From Mantamonas sphyraenae STR306 (lineage: Eukaryota > Protista > CRuMs): a stretch of DNA of 64,000 nt. The notes under the pieces were generated by a model that was not told the origin of the DNA, did no database searches, and saw only the letters and a program-made list of their open reading frames with translations. Position numbers and translations under genes: made by a program. How positions within the stretch are numbered: the first letter of the stretch is position 1; the number at the start of each line of letters is the position of its first letter. The stretch is from the NCBI GenBank assembly GCA_026936335.1, contig JAPMXV010000061.1:248001-312000 (forward strand). The letters are read 5' to 3'. This document shows positions 12,801 through 23,528 of this stretch, in pieces.

Positions 12801-15800
12801 GCACGCCGCTGGCGCTGTTGTACAGCGGCTGCGCGACAACTTCCACCACAGGGTCCATTTCGGCCCACGCTTCGCGCACAAGCCACACCGTGGGGCGCAG
12901 CTTTTGAAGCGTGGTGTTGCTGGCCACCGTCTCTTGGCGCACACCGTTCACTGTCAGGAACACCTCGCGCTTGCGGTAGTCCTGGCCGATGCCGATGTTG
13001 TCGCCCATGTTGAAGTACGCAAAGTCGTCGTTTTGAGCAGAGGACGACGAGGAGGACGAGGACGCACCTGCACCCAAAGTGTCATCGTCTGCTGGCTTCT
13101 TGCCCATACTGCGTCCTCCGCGGCGATAGCCCACACGCTTGAGCTGCTTGGGGCCAAACGAAACAAAGGAAAGTTGCTTGGCAGGCGGTGCATCTTCGTC
13201 GTCCTTCTGTTGAGGCGTCGGGTCGGCGACAATTTCTGGTGCCAGACCGATGGCCACGTGAGTGCCATCGGGCACAAACACGAGGTTGATTTCAAAGTAG
13301 TCTTGCTCCAGCATGTCCTTTGCATCCTTGCCAGTTGTGCTGTGCCTCTGCTGGCACACGCCGCTGGCCGACGTGTACGCAACATCGCACGCAGGATGGC
13401 ATGCACGCAGGCACGCACCGCACATCGACGGGACATTGCACGTGTGACACACATACATGCTTTGCTTGGTTTCGGATTCGCCATGGAGTGCGGCGGAGCA
13501 GCGCGCGCGCAGCGGCCATTCAACAGGCAGTTGCATGGTCGCAAAGGCCTCGTGCTCCACGTGCACGGGTTCGGGCGGAGACGCGATCGCCTCGTCCAGC
13601 TTGCGCTGCACCTCTGCCTCGCGCTCAGCACGCAGGCGAGCGGCATTGATGCTGGCCATGTGGATGTCCAGATCGTTCGCGCGCTGGCGAAGCTGCTGCA
13701 GATCGACAAACATGTGGGTGTCCACGGGCTGCACGCTCAACTGCTGCAGCGAGCGCATAAGACTGCTGCTGGCAAGGAACGGAGCCAGGCTCGTCTGCGT
13801 GCGCAGCATGAGCTCGAGCACCATCAGCGCTTGGCTCTGCAGATTGAGCCCAGCCGCACGGGCAGCCTCGGACGGCCACGAGGTGATCGCGTCCGAAGCG
13901 GCGAGCGCCATGACTGGCTCGTACACACGCGCAAGCTCGTCGGAAAAGGCAAACTGGGAAGGCTCCACAGGCACGTCACCCTCGGGCTGGATTTCCAACG
14001 CCGAGGCGTTGGCCACAGCCTGTGCAGCTGGCAGACTGCTGTTCTTGTTCACCGATGCGGTGAGGATGAGGTCGCGTGCGTCGTGGTCCCACTCGTCGTA
14101 GCTGTCCGACACGACGGCGAGCTGCCGCGGCTGATCGTTCCCTGTGAACCACACCTTGACGCCACGGCGCATCACATCCGAGTGTCCGCCCATGACGGCG
14201 AGCGCACCCATGGTGCGCAAGTAGTCTGCGGGAGCACGGTCATGCACAAACATGCGTGCCGCATCGCACGTATCCAGCGCATCCAGCTGCGCAGGCAGCT
14301 TCGACACGGCCTCCAGCATCGTGCTCTCGACAAGCTCCTTCCACATGGGCGATGCATGCAGGCTTCGGAGAAGCATGACCATTTCCGCAGCCTGGCCCTG
14401 AAGCAATTCCTGCGGAAGCTGCGACGAAGGAGGCGCGAGGCGCGATGTCGAGGCGACGCTGTCTCCAATCATTTCCAGAAGGCGGTTGAGCAGCGACGCC
14501 GTGTCTGTGGCTTCGCTCAGAGTGATGTCGTCCAGATCGACCGCGACGGTGGACGACCCACCCGCTGCATTGACCGCCGAGTACATGGCGGCCACGTTTT
14601 CCGGTGTTGTGTCGCGCAGCAGTTTGCGTGCAAGGCGTTGGGCGACAAACACAATACCCGAGTCCGCCATTGCATACATGCTGTCGCTCTGCACAATGAT
14701 GCGCAGCATGACGCGCAGCAGTCGCGGTTCGCGCAGAGATGCAGGTCCGAGCGGAAAGTCGGCCGCCATGCAGGCCACGTTCATGGCCCAATTCAGCGTG
14801 GAGCTGAAGCGAGGTGCCCATTCGTGCACAATGCTATCGCTCACTGCGCCAGGCACATGGTCTGACCCGGCCAAGGTCGCAATTTCGCTGTCCGTCAGCG
14901 TGCGGTTGGCCACAATGGCAGTGCTCAACATGCCCACAAAGTTGACATGCGTGTTCTTGGCACCACCGCCGCCCAGCACAATGCCACTTGTCTGCATGAA
15001 CGACAGATCGGCAGGCTTGGGCGGACTGTCCTCCGGATCGGTGGGCAGGCGTGCAATGCGCTCGGGTTTGCCGTTCAGGTACAGCATAAGGTCACCAGCT
15101 GCATTGCGCTGAACCACAACATGGTTCCATGTGTTGCGCACGAGTTTTCTGCGCGAGTACGCCCGGCGGTCACCCAGAGCAAAGTTGATCTGGGCGCTGT
15201 TTGAGATCGTTGCCGACATGGCCATGCTCTTTTGCTGGCCTGTCACCGCGTCTGCGGTGGACGTAAACAGCGCCACGTTGCGGTCCCTACGCGACGGATT
15301 GACCCAATACACCCATGCCGCCACGCAAAACGCATCGGTGATAGGATGCGCGTCCAGGTCATCCACAAGCAGAGTGCGTTTGCCGTTCATATGCATGGGC
15401 TGCGTCAACACGAGCCGGCCGCTCTCTGCAACCACCTCTGCAGACGCGGCGATGCTCGAGGGCGCGGTCGTGCTGCGCAGCTCGTCAAATGTAGTCTCCA
15501 TGCCAGCAATGAGGTCGAGCAAGATGTCAACCATGCGCGTGCGCAGCTCGGCCATCTCCTTCATGCCACTTGTCTGACTGCGCTCGAGCAGCTGGAAGAG
15601 CAGGATTCGGAACACGCTGCGTGCTTGCGTACGGTAGCGGACAAGGTTGTCTCGCAGGACGGCCACGTTGCCGCGTGCGACAGAGTCGTCCTTGTGCAGC
15701 TCCAGGTCGGCCTGCAGCTTTTCGATGGCTTCGTTGCATCGCCAGCCGACGACCTGTCGCAGTTGCTCCAGCAGCTGTGAATCCAAAATGTACTTTGCGT

Positions 15801-17854
15801 CGCGGCCTTCGACGGGCACGCTGACGGCGTTGAGGAGCATGGTCACCGTGTCCATGGGAATGTCCAAAGTACGCGTGAGACGCACCGTACTGTTGTCCCG
15901 CAGGTCAGCGTCGATGACGGCGTCCAGCGAAGGCAGCTGCTGCACCAGTTTCGCAAACACAGCGTAGAAGCTGCCCTCCACGTCTTCCATGAGCGACTGG
16001 CCACATCCTTCGATGTCCCGCGTAAAGTGCACCATCTTGGCGTATTCCTTGGGCTTGTCCTTTTCGCCCAGCGCACGCTTGGCCTCCTCCTCCAGATCCT
16101 CCTTGGTCTTGGGCACACGGTCGGCGACTTGCAGGCGTTCATCCTCAGTTGGCGCACGTTCCTCGCGCAGCACCGTGCACACAAAAGACATCAACTGCTT
16201 GAACGAGTCCTCGCTTGCCGTTCGGTTGGCAAACGGGCTGGCCACAGGACGTTCTTTTGAGGCGGCGTACCTTTGCAGCAGCTCGTGCATGGCGTCCAGA
16301 GCTTCCTTGCGCACGGCTGCACGCAGACTGCGCCGCTCCACGAGTTGTTCCAACGTGTCGACCTTTGCCTCGCAGCACACAAAGTCGAGGACCAGTTCGG
16401 GCATAAACACCTCCTGGTTGTCCTTTTCCTGGCCATACCTCTGCGACATCAGCGTCTTGAGGCGTGTCATGGCGTCCACAGCCTTGCGCAACTTTCCCCA
16501 TCCACCGGCAGCAGAGGAGGAAGAGGAGGTGGAGGTGGCCGACGAGGGGTTGGCAAGGAGCGAAGAGGAACCGGCTGCGTCGAGCGACTCGTCTTCTGTG
16601 CTGGATTTGATCATGGTGGCAATGCTGCGGCGCGGCGCAGCGTCCATCTCCGAGTGGATGGTGGCAAACCGGAGAACAAAGTCGGCGCGCTGTTGCAGCG
16701 AGTCGCCGATGCGCTGGTAAACCTCGCTGGACGAGCCGGTGTCCGCAAGTTCGGCCTTTTGCGTGCGGATCCAGGCAAACAGCTTGACTGCATGCCTCCA
16801 GATAACGAGGATGTGATCAGGCACGGCTTCGTCTGTGTTGAGGTAGGCAATGGTTTGCAGGATCTGTTCGCTGTGCTTGAGCATCGCGGTGAACACGGCA
16901 CGGAAGCCCGCACCAATGCCGGGCTTGTCCAGAATCTTGCGCTGCCAGTTGGTAAGCGGCAGAGCCTCGGCGAGCCGGACGTACAACGGGTGATCTGCGG
17001 CCTCACACAGATCAGCAAGGAAGGACTCGTGCTCAAGGATGGCCGAGGCAGTGCGTGTAAGGCCGCCCTTGCCCTTGAGAGGAGACGCCGTCGTGGTGGC
17101 GCGCTCGTCGTGTTTGTCAAAGCCCATGCGGAACAGAGGGGACTTGAACCAGTCCTCGTTCTCCAGCTCATGGCGGCTGAGCTTGAAGCCGACGAGCATG
17201 GTGGCAATGCAGCGGCCGGCGATCCAGGACAGGGTTTTGTTCAGCAGCAGGACCTGGCGGATGCTTCGATGCTGTGACTGGCCGAGAGGGCGTACAACGA
17301 CCTGGAACGGAGCCATGGGGGCATCTCCTGCTTGCGACTCGAATCGGAGGGTTACCGAGCCGGTGTCCACCACAATGGGCTTCTGAGGCAACTTGTTGCG
17401 CGAGTACACCATCTCGTCGTTGCCGGCCGCCGTTTCTTTTTGGTCTGGGCGCAGAATGCGCACATAATTGTTGTCCACGCTCTCCACCTGTGCGGGTGCA
17501 TCAGCAGCGGGTGCTGCGTCCGTCGAACTGGAGCTGGAGCTTGCGCTGGAGCTCGAGGGATTCTGTGCATCCTGTTGTACCTCTGCGGTGTTCTCAGATG
17601 CGGAAGAGGAGGTGGTGGACGATTCGGAGAGCTCGATGGAGGAAGAAGAGGCCGGTTGCAGAGCTGAAAGCAGCTCATCGGTCTGCACAGCGTTTGCTTC
17701 TTCGGCAGAAACAGCCACTGCGACGGGCACCTCTTCGACTGCTTCGGTGGTGAGTTCGGTTGCCGTGTTTTCTGCAACGTCGTCGCTGTGCGGATCCTCG
17801 GCGGTGATGACTGTGGTCTCGGTAGCCTCGGGTTCTGCGGTCTCTGTTTCTGAG

Positions 17855-17886
<32 letters not shown>

Positions 17887-20800
17887 TGTTGAGGTGTCCA
17901 CAGCGTGGTGGTTGGCGAGTGCACAGTCACAATAGAAGGATCCCGTGGAAATGGGGCCTAGGTTGTGGCCGTGGTGGCAGCTAAGAGAACACGGGATGCA
18001 GACGGCGCGGTCGCCTGTGTAGCCACAGGTGATGCAGTCGCGAAAGTCTTGGATGACGTAGGTGTCACCAGAATGGTTGTAGGTGCAGTCTTCAACTGTG
18101 TACTCGCCAAGGGTGCCTGAGCCCTGGCCTGCGACGACCTCGGTCTTGGGTTCGCGAGGCTGGTGCTCCTCCTCGCCGCAGTCGCAGTAGAAGGAGCCAT
18201 GGATGACTGGGCTCAGCTGGTGGCCTGCATGGCAGGAGTTTGCGCACGCGACGCAGACACCAAGATTGTCGGTGTAGCCACACGTGATGCAACGGAAGTA
18301 GTCTTGCTTCTCGTAGGCCTTGCCCGTGGAGCGGAAAGTGCAGTCGTGCACTGTGTGCTGCAGGGGTTCGAACGTCAGCTCCACCTTGCTTGCGTAGGGA
18401 ACCGTGACCGAGACGTCCTCTGTACGCGTCTCTGTGCCCATCCAAGCGGGCGACAGGATGCGTGTGTTGAGCCACTGCGGCCACGATTGGGGGTAGGTCA
18501 CGTCGCCCTTGGTGGCGTTTGATGTCTTCATGTCCGTGTGCATGGTCTCGGGCAGCATGGCCGCGAGCTGCTCGGTCCAGGCGATTGCACGCATGAGAGT
18601 GGGCAGCAGCTGCTGGCTGAAGGGCACAAGGTCTGAGTAGAGGCAGAGTGCAGTGATGAGAGAGGGCGTGAGGACGCCCACGAAGCTGGAGTTGACAAAC
18701 TCGAGGAGGTGGGGCTGCAGCAGATCGCCCGAGTTGACCTCGAGTACGAGGGACACAAGCTTGTCGCCTGCGTCGACCAGGCTGGAGGTGTAGTTGGCCA
18801 GCAGTTGCAGGTTGATGTCGTTGGTGCTGCTCTCTTGCAGGTCAGCAGGCAGTCGCTGGGTGACGAGCATCTTTTGGATGGCCAGAAGGACGGTGAGGGC
18901 AGAGGAGCGAGGCAAGATGGAAGAGGCCCCTTGGCCTGGGACAAAGGAGCGGATGAAGGTCATTGCCTCGGAGCCGACGACACCGAGCAGAGTATCAACA
19001 ATGTCGTTCAGAGAGTCTGCGAGCTGTTGCAGCTGTTGGTCTTCGTCGTGCAGGAGGGCACTGACCGCTTCGATGTTGCTAAACTTTGCCAGGAGGTTGT
19101 CGAGAAAGAGCATTTTGGGCTGCGAAAAGTCGTTGCCTGTCGACTCGCGCTCGCGCAAGAGATCAGAAAGGAGCTTGGCCTGCTCGATGCTGGTGGGAAA
19201 GAAGATGTCAAAGCCAGCGGAGAGGAGCTCGCAGGCTTCGGCCTGGACATCGAGGCTGAGGTTGTCGCCGTCAATGATGCCAAGGAGGGGCTGACCGAGC
19301 TCTGCCGCGAGGTTGAAACTGTTGAGGACAGCCTGGTGGATGTGCACCTTGAGGAGGCGCAGGCAAGCAAGGACAATGTATGCGGTGTCCGTGTTGCCTG
19401 CAGCGTTGTCGGCGTTGCCTTGCAGGCGCTGGAGGTTGTCGTGGAGCATGGCTGTGAGCAGCTCAAAGGTAGGCGTACTGAGCTCGTAGCCGAGGGAGCG
19501 AACGGGCACAGAGGGACACGTGGGCACGGGGCTGACGCGGAAAACCTTGTTGGCCTGTTTCTTTGCGACCGAGGGGCGTCCGGGAATGGGTCCATAGGGA
19601 CTGGAGATGCGGTCGAGATGTCCAAGCAGCTGGATGGCCTGGACCGCGTCCTTGCTGGGCGCATGTACTGCAGAGGCCAGCTGTCGAGGGAGACTCCTGT
19701 TTGCATACTGTTTGATCTCGTGTGTGGAGGAGTGGAACGACCAGACGGAGTTGCTGACGATGTCGTAGCAGGCCGAGGTGGGCATGAGGGCATCGAGGAG
19801 TTGGATGGCGAGGAGGGTCCGTGTCTGGGTGTCAAAGGTAAGGCAGATGGGTGTTTCGCCCTGTGGGGCGCCGTTGAGCATGATGTTCACGAGGAGGTTG
19901 TGCACGTTCTTGGCTGGCAGGACCATGGCCAGACGATGGCCGTTGGTGAAGAAGGTGGCAGCAGCCACAGCCTCGGCGGTGAGCTCGAGCGGCTTTGTGT
20001 GCTTGGCAGAGTCTTGTTCGGAAGCGGAGGATGATGAGCCGGCGGAGTGCGAGGTGGGAGAGCGAGACACAGTGATGGCGTGCACGAGGGGCGTGCCCTT
20101 GGAGGCTTCAAACCTGAGCTCGAGGGAGCGCTGGTTGTCGACGTAGGCCAGGAAGCGGGCCTGGATCGGGTTGTTGGTGGCCTTTGCGTACATGTCAAGA
20201 TTGGCAATGACCTTGGACTCGTTGACGTAGACAGAAAAGACACGCTGCTTGGCGCTGTAGTGGATGACTTCGGCAAAGTCGAGTGTGACGACGTAGAGAC
20301 CCGTGGGCAGATCGATTTGGTAGGAAAAGGAGTCCTGTTCGGCGATGCGGCCGGTGTAGAAGATGGGATTTGCTTGGCAGTTTGCGGAGAGGTTGCTCGG
20401 CGGACGTACGTAGCACTTGCTGATGGAGTAGTTTGTGTCTGCTTGGTAGACAAAGCCCATGTTGCTCGGGGTGGCCGGTCCGCCACAGTTGACGGCAAAG
20501 ACAACGTCGGCGGCTTCGAGGGTGGGCTCGAGAGCGGTCAACGGGGCGTCGTCAAGGAGGACGAGGTCGTCGGCAGGGGCGAGCTTGAAGAGCGACTCTC
20601 CGTCTGTGACAAAGCGCACGCCCTGTTGGTCTTCGGGAAGATCGATGGGCAGTGGAGGGTGGTCGTCTGCAGCTGGCTGGAGGGAGTCGGCGGACAGGCA
20701 TGCGTCGTTGTCGTCGCTGTGGTAGTAAAGGAGGCCACCGAGACATGCCAACGCTCCTGTTTCGCCGAGGCAAAAGGACGGGTTGTGTGCATAGACGCGA

Positions 20801-22910
20801 CCAGGGGCTGTGCCGCTTGCGGCGGAGCCTGTGCCGAGCTTTTGCAAGCCGTCTGTGGGCGAGTGGATGTAGAGAAAGGCACCATCGGTGGCAATAGAGG
20901 CCGGGATGTCCGGATGTGCGTCGTCTGCGGTGAGGTCATGGAGGAAGGAGGAGAGGACGTGTGCCTCGTTCATGGTCTGCAGGTGCATGCGGATGGTGTG
21001 GGCACGGAGGGCGTCCAGTTGAGCAGCGATGTCCGAGGAAGAGGAGGAGGAGGAGGAAGAGGAGAGCATGCGGTTGGCAGTGCTGAGGAGGTTGTGTGTG
21101 CTGTGGCGGGCGAGGCCAATTTCGAGGAGGATGGCGTTGACAGTCGGGTCGTCGATGTGGGCAAGGCTGTCAAAGACGGTCTGGAGAGATTGGTCGACAA
21201 TGGGAGGCAGGGGTTGCTCGAGATTGGCGAGCATGTCGCGGATGAGGGCAAGGACCTGGGTGAGGGTGTCTGGATTGGAGAGGGAGCTGGTTTGGACGAG
21301 GAGGAGGACGACCCGGATGGAGTAGTTGACAAATGAGGAGAGGGAGGGGTCGGGGCTGTTTGCGGTGGAGGAGGACGAGGCATCATCGTCCGAAGAGGAG
21401 TTTGCCTTTTCGTCCTGTGCCTTGCGGTGGTTGGCACGGAGGAGGGCAAGGTGGACGCGTTTGATGAGGTTGAAGCGCTTGTGAAGGATGGCAGTGAAGG
21501 CGTCGTTGTAGCGTGCCGAGAGGGCACCGTTGTAGAGGGTCTGCACAGCGGAGCCGATGGCCTGTGTGTTGGAGCCGCCTCCGAGGGAGGCGGCTGCCTT
21601 TGCTGGGGCAGTGAGGGCGAGGTCGTTCTTGGGCCGGGGGCGAGGAGAATAGGCTGGTAGGATGCCGATGGCAGCAACCTCACTGCTCTTTTGCAGGGCA
21701 AGGACCTCTTTGAGAGAGGCAGTTTCGGCAGCGGCCTGCTCGACGTCGATGTCAAACTGGGAGACGGTGGACGGAGAGGCAGCGGCGGTGACGGGGATGA
21801 AGGTGACCATGTCTTCTGCAGTGTAGAGGCTGACGGCCGGGTAGAGTTCCTTGCCACCAAGGCCATCCCACGCGATGCCGTAGTTGTCTTCGTTCTTGCG
21901 GAAGGAGAGGGTGCCCTTTGGCATGTCGAGGGTGACGTGGACGACGTCACCTGTGGCAAAGCTGGAGCCGTAGGAGTAGCAGTTGCCATCATGGTAGCGA
22001 TAGGAGCTGCCGTAGTAGGACCAGCCTGGGCTGGAGGTGCTCTGGCCGAGGTAGTGTGAGAGGGCGTGGGAAGCCTCTGCGACGCCAATCATGATTGTGC
22101 CGCTTGTGGTTTTGTCGATTCGGACCTGCCACTCGTGGACACCTGTTTTGATGGGCTGTGTGGTGAGCACGGTGACCCATTCTGAGTAGCCTGTTGTGGC
22201 TGCAGTGAGAGCGGGAGTGCCGGACAGGGTGATGCGTCGGTGCTTGCGATTTTCGTCGAGCTCAAACGCTGTGTGTAGTGGGCAAAGAGGTGTGGGCGAG
22301 CGCAAGAAACATGGGGGTGAACGCAAGGTGGGCAAACTTGTGTAAGCAAGCCGGAAGGGGATTCTGAGGGCGAACAGGCGACGGGACGGGGAAAGAGGGG
22401 TAGGGATCAAAGATCAACGCGAGAGGGGAAACACGTACTGGAGCCGCCTTGGCCGACAGACACGGCCGGGAACTTTTCGATGACAAAATCGTCATCAAAG
22501 AGAGTCTGTAAAGGGAGAGGGGGCGTAGGGAAGGACAAAAGAAGAGAGGGACGTGCGCGGAGGGCGAGGAACGAGCGCGTGAAGAAAGCGTCAGTGGAGA
22601 ATTCGAAGTTGTTTGCGATCAAAGGTGTGGGGCAACGGAGCAGAGATGTTTCCACAGCGACAAAAGTGGATACAGGTGTGGAGGAGAGGCATACGGAGGT
22701 GGATGGACGGCGGGTGGCGAGGGCGTGCATGCGGATGGAGCAATGGACGTGGATGCAAGGTGGGTTGTGCAATCATCAAGCGCAGGTTGAGCGCACCTGT
22801 TCGTTCATGCGAAGCCACTCCTTGTCCTCCTCAATGGTGGACTGGAGCTCCTTAAGGTCCAGCTGGCCTTCCTTGTCCAGAAGAAGCTGGGACGTGTTTG
22901 TGTTTCCCAT
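6883..22910 (-). CDS. Giant HECT E3 ubiquitin ligase, ~5,188 aa (SPRY x3 plus one degenerate, malectin, UBR-type Zn fingers, LamG x2, UBA x2, HECT)
   Basis: Model: exons 22910-22797 (MGNTNTSQ...MNEQ), 22505-22439 and 22268-6883. Introns 22796-22506 (GTGCGC..TTACAG, no internal AG) and 22438-22269 (GTACGT..CACAG) join in phase. HECT motifs: SIDAGGPFRE, FLRFVWGRSRLP, LPLAHTCSFQVDLPRY. The supplied ORF start (22410) lies inside intron 2. Confidence 0.9.
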
Positions 22911-22977
22911 GGAATGCCAGTGGTTTTTTGGGGTGGCTATGCCAGTGGAGAGCCGCGAGGGGCCAAGCAAGGAAACA
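22911..22977. promoter_or_regulatory. 67-bp divergent spacer between the HECT and Nudix start codons (putative bidirectional promoter)
   Basis: ATG on - at 22910 and ATG on + at 22978. Contains the direct repeat ATGCCAGTGG at 22914-22923 and 22939-22948. Confidence 0.5.
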
Positions 22978-23487
22978 ATGAGCAAACGCTTCATGCCGGC
23001 AACGGTTGGATTCGCGCTTGTGATTTGTCGCAATGCAGAAGGCAAGTACCTGCTGGTGGAAGAGTCGCGGAACAGGGGCACGTGGATCCCTGCCGGAGGG
23101 GTCGACGAAGGGGAAACCTTTGCAGAAGGCGCCCTTCGGGAGACCGTGGAGGAGGCGGGGCTGGAGGTGGAGCTCAAAGGGATCCTGCGTGTGGAGCACT
23201 CGATTGGATCTTCGAGTGCGCGCATGCGTGTGGTGTTCTACGCTGTGCCTGTGGACGAGGAGGCGGTGCCAAAGCAGGAGGCGGACGAAGAGTCTGACGG
23301 GGCGTTCTGGGCGAGCGCGGATGAGATCCAGGCTCTGGCTAAGGAAGGGAAGCTGCGTGGACCGGAACCACTGGTGTGGTCGAAGTATGTGGAGGATGGG
23401 GGCTATGTGTACCCGCTGGGCGCCTACACGTTTGAAGGCGACGATGTGGCGGCCGAAGGAAGCCAGAGCTTCCAACCGTGTGCGTGA
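22978..23487 (+). CDS. Nudix hydrolase (MutT/NUDT18-like), 169 aa
   Basis: Intact Nudix box GGVDEGETFAEGALRETVEEAGL. Likely start is MSKRF at 22978, because the upstream part of the supplied ORF overlaps HECT exon 1 and intron 1 on the other strand. Confidence 0.88.
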   Translation: MSKRFMPATVGFALVICRNAEGKYLLVEESRNRGTWIPAGGVDEGETFAEGALRETVEEAGLEVELKGILRVEHSIGSSSARMRVVFYAVPVDEEAVPKQEADEESDGAFWASADEIQALAKEGKLRGPEPLVWSKYVEDGGYVYPLGAYTFEGDDVAAEGSQSFQPCA

Positions 23488-23528
23488 AAGCAAAAGCAAG
23501 CAAAAGGCAATGTACATTGTGGGCAGGC

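Noticed and set aside
2812-20034. Long antisense ORFs (2812-4113, 4246-6465, 6805-8775, 12769-14865, 18709-20034; likewise 29997-31760 and 39136-40737)
   Set aside because: They are codon-aligned shadows of GC3-rich genes: LEU/HIS/VAL/GLN-rich with no recognisable motifs.
22506-22556. Possible 51-nt GC-AG intron (GCACGT donor) in the HECT gene
   Set aside because: No upstream AG exists to open an exon there. A single 291-nt GT-AG intron explains the region.
22480-22977. N-terminal 166 aa of the supplied Nudix ORF
   Set aside because: It is antisense to HECT exon 1, intron 1 and part of exon 2, and has no domain features.
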